Source of the DNA: Paraphysomonas bandaiensis
Lineage: Eukaryota > Protista > Chrysophyceae
Assembly (NCBI GenBank): GCA_965644295.1
Contig: CBFFRP010000406.1
Location: forward strand, 1 to 64,000
DNA: 64,000 nt
Direction of reading: 5' to 3'
Made by a program: the position numbers and the translations under genes. This document shows, one piece after another, positions 48,660 to 63,302 of the stretch (position 1 is its first letter; each line of letters begins with the position of its first letter). The notes under the pieces were generated by a model. It was given only the letters and a program-made list of their open reading frames with translations. It had not been told where the DNA came from and did no database searches.

Positions 48660-51600
48660 TCATTCAGCAGTAGCATGCGAAAATATTTCTTTGAATGTTT
48701 GTGGAAGTTTATCTACATCTAAAACAACAAATCCACGCCCAAATGGAAGGTTATCAACCAGCCAAGATGCAGCACTTGGTTCGGCAACGAATATACAGTA
48801 GCCTTGACTTCGTCCGTCTCCGCGGAGTGCAGATGCCATTGCAGATGGCGAGACACCATATCTTCCGAGATTGGCATCTGAAAACAAGAATACAATATAG
48901 TCGTCGGCAGGTTCTTGTACAATATCCTGTGTTGCAAATGCCGCTGCTTCAAGAGACTTATCTCCGGAGGGGGCACTGCGAGCATGTGAATACATGGCAT
49001 CAATAACTGCGGCTCGTTCAACAGCAGATTTCGGAGGATTCCCAAAATTGACAAGCGGTAGGGATGATGTAAGTCCGCTATTAGAAAAAGGCATATTATT
49101 TATACACATCTAACAGCACTAACACATACCTATGTCCCACGATAGAGTAGTCAAACTTGTGCTCAAACCCTTGAAGTGCCTCCATGACTAATACGGCACA
49201 AGCGGCCATGCGGTCCAAGCGGCCGTCCCAGGAAGACATGCGGGCCATAGAAGCAGAACAGTCTAACAGGAATGCCAGACGTTTGGGCTTCGACTGGTAC
49301 ATGCCATGCTTTTTGTCAGGTCTACCTCGCCGCCTGTACACTCTGCCATCTCCAGTTATTCCATCCACCAGTTTCTGGTCATCGATGTCACCGCTCAGCT
49401 GGTTTTTTAGCCATTCTCGTTCTCTCTGTTTCGCCTCTGCACTTTCCAAAATAACACGCAGCTGCGTACTAGCACTCTTAACCGATGACAGAAGGGAATC
49501 ATAACGGGTCAGTGAACCCGGGCTTAATTGCACTTGCTGGGTTTCTGAAGTATCCACACGCTGAGAAGATGCTCTCTTCACGTCCTCAGCAGCCTGCTGA
49601 GCCCTCTGGACAAGTGTAACTATGGTTTCTTCGATCGCAATTGTTTGGGCTGCGCTAATCGACTCCATGGCCTTCTTCTGCGAATCAGAATATCCACCCT
49701 TCCCATCAGATGCCAGCGCGCCACCACTCCCTCCTCCACCCCCACCACCAGCTTGACCTCCGCTTCCCCCACCACCGCCACCACCGTACCCCCCACCTCC
49801 CCCGCCACCAGATCCTATCCCACCTCCACTTCCATCAGTGCCTCCCTGCGATCCAACCGTAGCACTGTTTCCCCCTATATCACCTGGGATACTAGGTGCA
49901 CCCACTTCCCCTGCCAATCCACTTTCACTGTTCTCAACAGGTCCTTCGAATCTATCCGATTCATTCCCACTAAATAAACTTACTAACTCGCCACTATCAT
50001 CCTGGATTTTGATGTCCATGACTTCATCTGGGTCGATATCCCCAGCAATGTCATGATACTCACTTGTACGTTTCTCACCAGATGCAGCACCATTACTAGC
50101 GGCATTAAAAGTCCTCACCATACCATTAGAGAACAAGACGCTAACTTCAACCGACCCATCACCATCATGTACGGCTGCATCAGAAACTTCTACTTCAGGG
50201 GAAGGAGACAATTCTGTGCGAGGTACACTCAACAAGTCGGATTCGAGATCTAACGAGTGTACACGGCTGGTTGTAAGATTAATAATATCCAAAGATGATG
50301 GCTCTTTTTTAGCGACCACCAGCATTGAAGTGTACTCATTTTCATATGAAGGCTCGACAAAACAAGTTCTGACAACTTGAGAATTCTTACTCGATCCAGG
50401 TATAGAAACATGAGTTAGCGGTACATTACGACTATTTGCTTCTGCATCAGCACCAGTGCTACTGCCGCACATTCCCTTCGCGATATAGAGCGCGTCATTG
50501 CTGTGAAACAGTATTGATCCCTCAGAATAGAATTCACCAAAAACGCTGGCTTCGGTCGGTAGTATATTGACTGACAATAGTAAATCATTTACCATATATT
50601 CAGGAAATTCAATAAGGCTGCACAGTACCCTTGCATCACTACTCTCTTCACCTGGGATAGGGGGGTGTATATTAACATGCACAAGAGACAGTTTATCACC
50701 AGGTTCGCCTACTTGGAGCACAAAGTCAGTCTTAGAGAGCGCCCAGGAGTTAATGATACTAACCGCAGGCTTCAACCCCATGCGGGAAAAAGTATCGCGA
50801 ACTGAAACTACACAACTCTCATATCTATTTCCCATATGCTGGTTGTACACCACGAACATAGTGCATCCACAGTGACCAATTACTGTTCCATCAATTGACG
50901 AGGCCTGTCCACTAACTACACTTTGGTTGCTTTGTTTTCTCCGACTAGCAACCAGCCAAGCCGCTGACTGAGACGCTTTTCCATATATGACCTCGGGCAT
51001 TTCTATTCTCTGTGCTTCTCCCAGACCAGATGCAGACAAGGAGTGGGCAAATGAACCACTCAATGCATGCAACAGTACTCTATCTATACTCCCAGGGTCT
51101 AAGGTATTATGTACGCTCATATCACACACAGTTGACCCTAACAAGGAACTAATGTCAACAGCAGTACCATTATTCAAATCAGTTCTTTCGTATGAATGTA
51201 AACTGGCGGGTTTCGTCGTGGTTATTAGAACGTTGTCATTCGTGACAGCAATACGGGAGGGTACAGCTCGCTCCGAGTCACTGCCTTCCTCCATTGTACC
51301 AATATTCCAACGCTGAATCTCTTCACTGAAAACTAGTGACCGAGTAGACATAATGCTCTTTGCTGCTACCCCTTTCCGCCGTCCAAACAGAAACGAGGAG
51401 TTGCTTGTATTCAACTTCACCACTTTTGCACTGGTTTCGTATGGGCCTACAACGCGCATTGAAAAAGGCTGTCCACGTACTACGTCGCGGTCAGTAGCAC
51501 GCAAATGATCTTCGTAATTTGTTAAGCATGCTTTAGTGGAACCCGGAAGCAAATCGCTTGAGGCGATTCCATGACGCACCAGAACCGAGCGAATGATGTC

Positions 51601-54600
51601 AGACGAGCTATCAACGCCACTACGGGAGTGTTCCTCATCACCTTTGACTACAGATATCGCGCCAGTTCCGATGCCATCCCAGGAGAGGACATTATCCAGT
51701 GCCGCAGCGACACCATCTTCAGGAAAGTTGTCATGATGTCTAATGACTCCCACCATCTCCCTCATAGAGTATGGGTAAGAAAGCAACCCTTCTTCATATA
51801 GATCGCGGAGGTCGTTGAATGCAGCAGTCAATTTTCTAATTACATGTTCCTTTGCATTCGAATTCTTTGCATAAGCGCGAAGCATCTCTATCTGTGAGTC
51901 AACGGGAGGATTATCTATGATATGAACAGAAAAACAATCTCCAGATTCGCGGAAAAAATCGTTACCCAAAAATGGATAACCCGGCCTGTTCGCCAATACA
52001 AAGACCCTGAAATCAGAATGGATAGGAATATACTTATCACTAATAAATCCATCACACATAGATTCATATTTCTCAGTAGACAATATGCATCTCCCATCCT
52101 CAAGTACAAGCTGTCCATCCTCGAGAAGCCCTTTAAGCACAACCACTATTTCAGTAGGGGCCTTATCCGCTTCATCCTGACAAAAAAGAGTCATCAATTT
52201 AGCAACATATCCACCGCACCATACCAGTACCAACACTCTTCCATGTTTGACCGCTTTCACAACAGGAGAGTCGTCATAGGTGATTACCCCATCACTTAGG
52301 GTCGGGGTGACAGTCAAACTCTGTACCGTCGTGTCCCTATGTAGCTGCATGTACTCGCGCTCCCAACCCACAAGGTGAAGTAGTCGATCAACCAGTTTAT
52401 TCTTTCCGGTTCCTTGATTCCCAATCAATAGTATATTGCGTTCTCCTGCAGCAATATCGTGTGCGATTCGTTGCAAGTACAACATATGCGCCGGTATATC
52501 GATGAAGTGAGTATCGGGTACGAGTTCAGGACGCTGGGGGGTATTTCGAGGAAGCAATACGTCCCCAATACGAACAGACATCGGAGGTGGCTTCGTATTG
52601 TGATCCGAAGACACCTGATAAGGCTTCGACTGAACATCATTCAAACAGTCACTTAAGAGTGTTCTTTGGCCATCCAATATTTCATCGAAGGTTTCGCGCA
52701 GAGTATTCGGCATGAAGGGAACCATAAACATTTGCTGTACCCTCGACTTAATATCTACTACGCTCTCTACACATTGGTCGTTCAAAAGACTGCCATCTGT
52801 CACAGTATTAATTTGTTCACGACATCCTTGCCAAAGGCGCAGTAGCTGTCTACAAGAGGGGGAAAGTGAAGTAGAAGCAGCTGCAACTGACATCTTCGTG
52901 TCTCTACTTGGGTCACTCTGTACTATATCCATTGTTCCACAAAGTCCCCGCAGCGATTGAAGCAATGCACGGTCGGCAAGCGTCTCTGGTGGAATTCGTC
53001 GGGACACAACTTGCATTCTCTCCTCAATGGATAGAGAATGCAGGGTTTCAATAAACGGAAACATACCAAGGACCTCTGCGGACAACCAGGGGTTCTCTCG
53101 ATCAGGTGGAGTGCCCAGTGCAAGAAGACGGAAGGACGGATGAATTCGGAGGGCGTTTTCCAGCTTTCCATTCTGAATCTTAGCTACGATACTGTCATAG
53201 CGGTCATGTCGCAACAACCTTCGCCCATCTGGCAAGTGTAGTTCTCTAAACGAAACTTCAGTTCAAGAGCAAGTCAGTATTCCGTTACCTGTCCCGTATG
53301 AGCTGTGCCAGCACGGAAAGTGCATCGCCTGTGAGTCTATTTACGCCATCCAGCACAGCTATATTTCCCTCAAGTGCAGCGACGACAAGAGGTGAAAATA
53401 CCCACTGTGTATTTCCCGCGTGATCTGTCCTACTCCCTCTATTACGGCACAGAGGAATGTAAACAGAAGACCACTTACCGGCGGCGTTGCAATAGATCTC
53501 TTGAGGTCATGTCTTTATAGCAACATATTATTTCAGGGCGCAGGTAGCCAAGACTCCGTGAAAAGTGATCCGCCAATATGCTTTTGCCGCATCCTTTACT
53601 CCCGACAACGCATATATCATAACCAAGAGCATGAGTTTGCATCATTTGCGTAAGACATTTCTGGTGAGACCCTATAGGTACGTAGGAGGTGTTCAAACGG
53701 TCAGTACCAATCGAGCCAGTCTTCACTGGAACTCGCACCAGGTCGCTATTTCCATTTCCATGCGTCAAAAACTCAACTAGACAATTCTGACACTGATCAG
53801 ATGAAGTCTGTTCTACATACGGAGTCCCCTGAATTCGGTACCCATTCTCTACAACAGGACCACTTGAGGAAGACACGTTATCCATTAACGAGACAAGAGC
53901 TTCCTGCTGCGCAGCATCCAAACCAAAAAGGTGAAATGGATATATGCGCTGAATAAGTGAGATCGTTGACTCCGCTGGGAACATCTGTAGTAGGGAAGCC
54001 ACTTCAACTGTCGCAGATATTGGGGCAGGAAGCACACGTTGTGAGTCTAAAAGGCCTCCCGTAGACCCACGTAGAGCGGACAAAGCACGAAAGAAAGTGT
54101 CAACAGCTTCAGTCGGCGAGAATTTTTGATGCAGTTGAATGAGAGGAGAATGCGTAAATGACACGTATCTGCCTTGAAAACGAGAGCGCAGGGGAGGGTC
54201 AATTGGAAACCCAGGAAACTCGGGTACTGGTAGACCTAATGCGATCACTCGAAATTCAGGAGAAACGCGCACTAAGCCACGACTATGGAGGCTTTCCGCA
54301 GTATGACCACTCTGCACAGAGGACAAAAGAACTACTCTTACGTAACACAATAATATAGTTAGTGGCATTAACCTGTAGAAGAGCGTCAAACCGAGACGGC
54401 GACACCAAGAAACGCCCGTCTGATAATGACATCTCTCTATTTTCCAGAAGGTTGTTTAGAGTGGGTAACACATTTCGTTCTGCTTTTTCGATACCATCTA
54501 CAACCAAGATCCGTCCCTGCGTTCCGATAACTTTAAACAAGTCGCCCATATGAATACACACAACACCTTCAGAGCAGCTCTGACAGGAGCTTGGTCTACG

Positions 54601-54971
54601 AGAAGAGAGCTACCATTGATGATTTCTTTCCTCTGCTTGAGGTCTGACTCAGTCGTATCTTGAGACAGCGTCAGCACCTCAACTTCTCTCTGCGCAAGTT
54701 CACAGTATGACATAACTAATCTGCGCCGTAGAGGACCTGGCGGGCCCATGAGGAAACAGTCCTGCCCCAACCGATCTTTTTGGGCAAGCCAACGCAAGTG
54801 TGCGATGATCTGAGGGCTCTTAATATGCTGTAGGTCCCGAGCATACCCCACAGGAACATTCTGAGGGTCACGGGGGCGGGATACACACACATCCATGTCG
54901 CCGATGCGGAGGGAACGCCGTGCAGTCAACACACGTACTTGTGCTCCTCTAGTAGGCCTCACCCCTATCAT
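48660..54971 (-). CDS. VWA8: von Willebrand factor A domain-containing protein 8 (AAA+ ATPase; multi-exon)
   Basis: WLAQKDRLGQDCFLMGPPG, DTTESDLKQR, ERNVLPTLNNLLENREM, LLIGNQGTGKNKLVDR, YPYSMRE and a Gly-rich linker. C-terminal VWA domain (LLDCSASM, LFSDANLGRYG). Confidence 0.93.
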
Positions 54972-56824
54972 GGTCTATCTATCTATAGGTGTATGTCGCT
55001 ATCGGGTGGTGTATATATACGACGCTGTTGTATTGTGACCACCTACTGCTGGTGACATACGCCTGCAAGCAGAGCACATGACACAGTCAGTGGGATCATA
55101 TTCATTTAGCTCAATATCTACTATACAGTGCTGTTAGATGCTCTGGCTGTGCGTGTTCATAGGCTGCTGTCGCTCATCTCACATATACATATACACCCTC
55201 CTGCAGCAGTATCATATACAGAGTACTTGTACATGGTATGCTACACACGTCCAGAGTGTGTACTGCTGTACATCATGCCACTCGCGATATATCGCGGTTC
55301 CTTCAGCACTATCATCACGCTATATATCGCGATTTTCTTTCACAGACCACATTATCTGTACTATAAAACCCGGGTTTTGTGTATTCCCCAGTGCATCGCT
55401 CAGTCACTCCTTGCATCCTCTTGGATCATATCATTCAGTCAGTCATATCGTGTTAGCAGGTGATGATGTTATATAAGAATTGAATGAACACTGAAGCGTC
55501 GCAAGCCTGAATGCAGGAAGCCACGAACCCTTAAAGAGCAATCAGAGCTATGTGAGAAGTGGAAGGCCTCTAGTGGAAAGAGTTTGGAATGTTGTGCAGA
55601 AACATGGTGTCAAAGATGGAACGATGCGTCGCTGGTTATCTGAAGGACGATCGGAATTCACAACCTCGTTGTTGAGGTTGTGCAGCTACATAGTGTTTTG
55701 TTTATTGAGGGAGCTAAACTGCCTTGACGGGCACTATAGAGGAAAATATATTTATGCATTAATATGTACGTGAATTTAAGCATCTGGCGTATTAATCACT
55801 CACTGCTCTCATACTCGAAGAAGCTTTAACCAACACTCGTTTAATATACAGCAATACCACAGTTGATCTGCTACTTGTACGTGTGCATTCATTGTAGCTG
55901 AATAACCGACCTCACAGACATATCCTCATATATTTTAATTTTTAACTTTTAACAGGATACATTTTTAATGCTACACTATTTGGCTTATAAGCAGTGGAAT
56001 TTCATAGTATAATGGCTATTGTATAAATAATGTCATCATTTAAATAGTCACAATACTATCAACACGCGTAGTCGCTTTCAAAGACTGTATAATTTACTTA
56101 AATTAATTATCCCCATTTTGTCTCAAAAAAAGCTTTTTTTTGACCTGATTTTGTCTCAACAGGGCGCTCATATCAGCACCGGGCAAATATAGACATTCAA
56201 CTTCAATATTGGGTTCAACAGAAGCTCACTTCTATCCTAAGTATGATAATGACAGTCGTATATATGTGATTTCATTATAGTACACACAATTATAGAGAAA
56301 CCACAATCATGAGTTAAACCATTAGACACTCCAAGTTATATTCCATCCTTCGACTGCTGTATAAGATCACAACGATGTCAGTGCAAGTGATCTGTCTTCA
56401 TATCCAGGACTTCGAAACAACTTCAACGACATTACAGGAGAGTTTAAGTACCATATCTGATGCTATATAGGTGGTTAGGAGCAGTGACACCCAGTTCTTT
56501 CAGGGTTTGAGCCATATCGTGCTTCTCATGATATTGTGTGCCTCATATCATACACACATCATTCGATCAGATGCACTTGCAAAGGTAAAGCCTGCTGTAT
56601 ATAAATGTGATGATGATGCTAATTAAGGGAATAAGAAGCCTCTCTTTCACCTTCAACTGTTCACATTCATCATCACACTTACAGTATACATATCATTGAT
56701 TTGAGTTCTCATTTGTGTTCTTAATGTTAATCATGGAACATCTATTTCTTTATACAGCAAGCATGCTACAAATAGCTATACAATGTAATATTAACTTTTC
56801 AACGTCATGAGGATAAGCTACAAT

Positions 56825-56940
56825 TTAACCTAGGGATAAGGAGTATCGTCCCTTGTCAAAATTTTAAAACTCGGGCTTTTCGCCCTCGTTTCAAAATTTT
56901 GAGCGCGGGACGATATAGCCTCCTTATTGACCGTGGTTAA
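56825..56940. mobile_element. 116-bp palindromic TTAA-bounded element
   Basis: TTAACC...GGTTAA ends, arms ATAAGGAG.TATCGTCCC..TCAAAATTTT / AAAATTTTGA..GGGACGATA..CTCCTTAT, and a central GGGC-TTTTC-GCCC hairpin. A partial second copy lies at 2730. Confidence 0.7.
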
Positions 56941-57409
56941 ATATAACTATATCGTTATACTTTATACACAAAGCAGGGTTAGGGGTCAATACTTTGTATT
57001 GCTGGAGTATTTTTTAGGATGCTAGCTTGCTATTAATATATATTACAATATAGTGTCAGCAATCCTATTGGCTTGCAAGTGCTCTGAACTCTGAACTGAC
57101 ACCACTAGCCATACCATATTAATTTTGCATTGATTAGCATGCATGTATTGGTGTGTCGTCGAGCCACTCAAGATTAAGTACTCTTGAATCTGGATACACT
57201 TCACGTGAAAAAAAAAACTAATAACAGGCAAGGTGAATATGCAGATATGCAGCCATACAACTGTATTTCAGCATCTATCGGTCGAATCACAGTGCTTATT
57301 ATACATTCTTCTTTTCGGTTCAGCTAAAAAGCAATAAAATTCCCCCTAGCTCTGCATATAATAGTTACTACCTCATACACAATAGAGCCAGAGTCATACT
57401 ACATTACAC

Positions 57410-60400
57410 TTATTTCAAGGATGATAACACGTCCCTAGTTTTACCACGTTTGCCACGAGTTGTGGTTCGCTTGCAACCGATGGGAAAAGATGAGTCAATC
57501 TTGGTGACTAGACTGGATAAGGAATCAGTTTTAGCATTGGTATTACCACCGCTGGTGTCTGTGGGACATATTTCCAAGGTGTCCCTACAGACCACGTCAC
57601 TACTTTTTAGCCTCTTGGGTGGATTGTCTCCGAGGGTAGAAATGACATCAGTCTCATCTTGCAACGCACTATTACCCACTTTACGTATGCAAGACCTTTG
57701 CCGTAAATCTGAATCGTTCCTTTCAACATTAGCAGCCCCAATACTGTTTTCGGATGATATATCCAGGTCACCAATGCTGACACTCCATCTGATCGACATG
57801 TGAAAGCGGCATTAAAATAACGAGTTATACGTCTCTCGATTTACCTGCGTCTGGATGATACAGTGGAAACAGCATCACCAGCTAAAGAATTTGGTGACGC
57901 CACTGGCGATGCACCAGTCATCAATCGTGTTGAAAAGTCATCAACATCTGTTCCACAGTTGGCAACTCTACAATAACACGTTTTAAGTACTAACACCAAA
58001 ATTAATGATACCTTGTATACCTCGTCGTGCTCGCGCCAATCCTCACGTTCGTTATCCCGGGTGCAGACTGTACAGCTGAACAGGCCCAAAGTTATTAAAA
58101 AATAATATTAAATTATACTATACCTGCTAGTGACTTCTTGATGTTTGCAGAGAGCGGCTTTAACATCGGTGTGCCTCGGGATGTACGACGAGCCTTATCA
58201 CTACTTCCCCTAGTACCACTCACAGCTAATCTGTTGTCAGCGCATTCGCCCGATGTGTAGTCCCGTGTTACAAGCGAATCGCGACCAGTCCGTGACCGCG
58301 AGGTTGCACTATTACATGATGATTTCCGAGCAGTGGAAATCTCTAGCGAGATCACAGCTTTTTCAGCAGAAGCAATTTCTCGTCTCTTTTTCTCAGCTAG
58401 TCTATCCCGCTCAAAAAGCTTTATATCGTACTCTATCTCCTCCTTAAGGGTCGGATCAGACGAGAGGGCTTGTGCAACTTCAGCCTTGTTCGCATTAACC
58501 AGATATACCAAGTATTCCATCAGTGCTCTTTGTGCTGGAGATTTCTTTCCCTCTAACATGTGCTTCAGCGACGACACAACAGGAAGAATATGATCCACCA
58601 TATGCTGTACGGACAATTTCTTTAATACTTTAGTTTTCGCCTTCTGAAATGCTGCTTTGGCAGATGCTCCCTCGCCTGTGCCGCCTTCTATCTCCTCTTC
58701 CTCTTCGTCATCCACCCCGCCATTCCCTCGCCGACTACCAACTCGCAGAAGAGGAGACTTCAGAATCAAGAACGAGTCGACTAGAGCATTTTCAAAAGGT
58801 GTGAACGCCTCCCCACCGTCTGGTCGCCCGACTCTTGAGCTCGATTGCGGAAAATCCAGAGCGTAGGCGAAGATGTCTTGGGCAATATTAGCGGTAACCT
58901 GGATCTTTTGCTCTTCTGATATGTCCTCCATCATAAACTCATAGACTCGCATGCGCTGTGATCGCATTCCAGACCCCGCCAACTCAATTCCTTCCATTGA
59001 CACAGCGCACGAGCCTCCATCAGAACCAATCGAAGCCATCGCCTGATAGGTGGCATGATCCGTACAGCCGTTGAACACAATAATCGACTCAGCAAAATTC
59101 TGAACCATATACCCACTAAACTTAGTCTGCAATGTGCTCTTGAGAACATAACGTGCAAGCTCAGCCATTTCTTCATTTTTGTCTAGAATGGTAGCGAGAA
59201 ATCTGAAGAGCATCATTCCACGCCACTTAATGTAGTCTTGCAGAAGTAATTGAGTCAAAAGCACAAAGGAATGCCGCCTCACCAAGTCGCTTGGGTCCTG
59301 AAGACAAGCTGCCATCGATCCGACATGACGGTCGACCAAATTAGTGAATCGAACGCACAAATCACCTAATACAATCAGAGAATTAGACCGCACGGCGTGC
59401 ATCCCCAACTCATGGGTGGCACTCCCCCCTGAAGTATTGTCACTTATGGCCGATACGCTGTTCTCATTAAGACCGTTCATACTGCGAATATGAGCTGGAG
59501 AAATAGCTTTGAGTTCGCGGAGAAATATGTTGACATGGTTTCTGGCCCTGACCTTGCTCCGAAGACAGAGCTTACCCATTGTAACAAACGCCTGTGCTCG
59601 TACAACAGAAGGAATCTGTCTAGCTCCAGAATACACCCCACTTGACAACACAGAATCGTCCACAATACCACTGGCATTTATGGTACTCTGATCGAAAGTT
59701 GGAAGGGAAATATTACCGTCATTTGAACCAGGTGTCACATGCCCCATCAAGATTTGGACCATGACAACAACTTCCTCTGGAATATTGAATCGAAACGTTC
59801 CAGACGCCTCTGACACAGAGTACGATGGAAGCCCATCAGACTGGTCAGAAACAGACCCCTTGGTCTTGTAGTGGTCCTCATCCTCTTCTACAGAGAATCC
59901 AAGCATCGCGAGCTCGCCTAACATGTAGAGAGCATTGGTGACCGAAGTAGATGCAGGCGGATGATCCATTCCTACAGTATGTAGAGGCAAACGGGGACTG
60001 GTGAAGAGAGGTTCGCCGTCAGCAGTCGGCCACAAGTACTTCCGTAAGACGTAATTAATTGTGTTCAGAACTCGACCACCAAATATCAGAACAGATTCGT
60101 AGGACGAGTTCTCTGAAAAAACAATTCGGCTAGATAAATGTGATTCGCTGTCGCCCCTAGTTTCCCCAATAGAATATAGAAACATTACATTGATAGCAGC
60201 AGATGCAGCCGCTGGCTCAAAGTGCATGGTAGGCGAAGTAAGTATCGGAAACAGCTCGGAGCATACTTTGATCTTCAGCGGATTTTGGACGGCATCATAC
60301 ACTTTTGACATGACGACTAACATTCTCGTATCGAGTTCATCTAAAACACGTGACTTGTTATGTGCACCATGCTTGCACTTGGCTCGTCTTGTTAACCAAC

Positions 60401-63302
60401 ATTTAACAACGAAATCAGCGGAGATAGATGAGTTCGTTGAAAAGGTTGTGCTGCTCTGGGAAACAAGAGCTTCCAGAAGCACCCATCCTCCTCGACTCTT
60501 GACTTCAGGGTCCTGTGAACGAAGAGCTTTCATACTGTCCTCCGGACATTCTGAAGCCTGTGAGAGCACTAGAAATGTATCCTCTGCAACGTCCCCAACA
60601 TCCTCCTCGCTACAGCCGCCTGAAATACATGTATGCACATTGCAAATCAGAGAATAGAAGAAACAATACTAGAGACAAACACACCTGTCAATACATCTGC
60701 GCAGCAGGCATCTTTCACAGCACCCAATATAGATGTTATGCAGTGCTTCCCCCTTTCTGATGCACTCTTGAGCATTCCCTGTCTGCCCATCGTTGCAACC
60801 GCAGACTTAAGAAGGTTCGTGCAACCCAAATCTCCAATTTTTCCGCATATCTCCCACACAGCTTCGCTTGCCGGACTCCCAACTTGCATCACAGTTCCGG
60901 CCAATACTATATCGTACACACTCTGGCAGGCCTTCGACTGAATACTTGACTCTGGATCCAGCACAAGTGGTAACACAAACTCTATCCAGGCTTCCTGCAA
61001 CAGTGAGTCGAGGGGGCGATCCTGTAGTAGTGTAGTTAGTGATACTGCAGCTTGTTTCCTGACTGCCACACTCTGATCGGAACACCTACATATTACCATT
61101 AGACAGAAGCTCTACAGTGACTATTGACGTACCTTTCCGACAAAATGTCAACATCTTCCGCCGACATGAAGAGATGAGACGCTGGATTAGACTGCGAGTT
61201 GTCCGGACTCGGCCATCCAATCAAAAAGACAAGACCATAGGTCTGTATGGCTTTTGCCCTTACAAGTGGTTTCTCGTCGCATACAAGGCACCGAAGTACG
61301 TCCAAAAATGATTTACTGGGAAACTGGTCCTCCTGTAACCGATGCTCACGGTGGTTGCTAGCAGCCATGATAAGCGCATGAAGACGAGACGCAAGTAAAT
61401 GACATGCATTTGACCCTCGCTTGTTATGACTAGAACCAACAGTCTCTAGAAGATCATGAAGCGCTCCTAAGGCGCGCGAGCGTACAGTGGCTGCGACATC
61501 GGCACATCGAGCCACCAACATGCGTATGAAGTTCTCAGCGGCAAGTGGAGCAGACGCCCACACCCATTTCTCCGACAGCAAAGCAGAACCTATGTCCAGG
61601 CAAAGCGACCGGATATTTAGCTGCATCACAATCATTCACGCACAAGCAATCGAAAAACATCAGACCTACCTTTGAGGAACGAGACAACTTAACTACAAAG
61701 GACAAGAGTCTAGAAGTAGCGGCCTCTCGCTGGGAAATTTGACTTTCCCGTCGACCTGTTTGACAGGGTGTATTTGGGGATACGTTTGTACGCCTACCCT
61801 CCCCCTCTTCATCAATATCCTCCCTAGCATCTCTGAGACCAGCCCGGAGGCGAACATTGGCATGGTTTTTCTCTGTACCTGTATGGATCAAAGTTTGATC
61901 AAGAGTAAAAGGCAACCGATAAGAAGCTATACCGACAGCCCCACAAGACTTCACCAAAGCGTAAATTCTGTCCAAGCAATCCCCGCCAGAATGTATGGCA
62001 GTCACAAGACGTACCACAGAAGCTACAAGCTGCTGAGAGAATCACACAAAGAACGTTGTAATTGGGACTATACATACCGTTGTTCTAGGTATGATGCGCT
62101 CCGGGGCCGTCAATATAACGCGCTGTATTGCACCTACGGCGCAGGCGAAAGATACATTCAGGTCGGGCCCATTCTGAGAAGATGAAGAGAGGTGGGGCTC
62201 AGGATGCACCTCAAAAGAGTCCGCCTCATTTGGAGAGGCTTCTATGTGCGCTGGTGATCTGGTCGCTCCAGGAGACAATGGTGTAGGTAACTGCACCGCA
62301 CCGCATGATCCAACTACTGCCTCCATAACCTACCTCATGCAAACGTAATCACACAGCAGGAGTAGCACGAATCCAACAATCTACCTTTAAAGCTGCACTA
62401 TGGCAGAGGACCTTGCTCTTTGGAGCATCAGGGAGTCTACTGTCCCGCCCAAATAGAGTGACAACAGGAAGAATGCTCCGGTAAAAAGCCATGAGACATG
62501 AAACATTCTGAGTTGAGAAAAGCGCAAGTGCAGCACCAGCAACCTGGCCCGCGCCTATGTGATTACACAGTTCACATATGTTATAGGGTACCCAGAAATG
62601 AGAACTGGAGCGACGAACCTGCGTGCTCTGCTATACTTGCACCAAGACACATCAATGACACTAGTGCGTCCGCAATACCATCAAGTACATATACCTCCGT
62701 TCTGCTAACAGTAAACACAAATCATTTAACATTAAAATCCCGCACCTCTGGGCAAATATCGGCACCTGCCACAGTAGGTCCCCTGATAGACCCAACAACT
62801 CCCTCGCCAGATGACTACTTTCCCCTTGCAACTGATATTCATTATCGTCGCCAGTATCGTTTTCATCATCATTTCCTCGTCGCCTCTTTTTTTCAGATAT
62901 ATTCATACCATGAAGAATGTCATGTGCTGCTTTGCTAGCTATACCTGCAATACTGCATAGTACGGTCGCTGTTGATATGCCATATGCGGATGAAACTGGC
63001 ACTGAGCAGATATTCAATAAAAGTCTGTATGCCGTCAACCGTCCTGTCAAATCTGGCCCATCGATGGCATTAGAGTACGATATAGCCGCCAGCTCCATTA
63101 GAGCTGTATTACTCCACTCTTTGTGTTGACAATCATTTGTTTTGAAGATGTTAATCGCTTCATTCAGAGCGGATCGTTCCACAAACAGAAGTGGAAGTGA
63201 TGAGTCGCTATCACCTGAGCGAGACATATAAGACTGACAGTCATCTGAATTAATTTGATCGGCATTTAGCAACCCTCTTATGGACTCAATACGATCATCC
63301 AT
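57410..63302 (-). CDS. NCAPD3: Condensin-2 complex subunit D3 (HEAT repeats, Cnd1 domain; multi-exon)
   Basis: RCADVAATVRSRAL, DQSVAVRKQA, AQAFVTMGKLCL, AVRSNSLIVLGDLCVRFTNLVD and LLLQDYIKWRG, followed by a disordered C-terminal tail. Confidence 0.85.

Noticed and set aside
55552-55773. Possible small plus-strand gene divergent from VWA8
   Set aside because: No ATG-initiated spliced model or recognisable motif could be supported.
57841-58089. Apparent RanBP2-type zinc finger (CTVCT...C..NCGT) at the CAP-D3 C-terminus
   Set aside because: Intron phases place the first half in another frame (AVQSAPGITN...), so the Cys pairs are not in one product.
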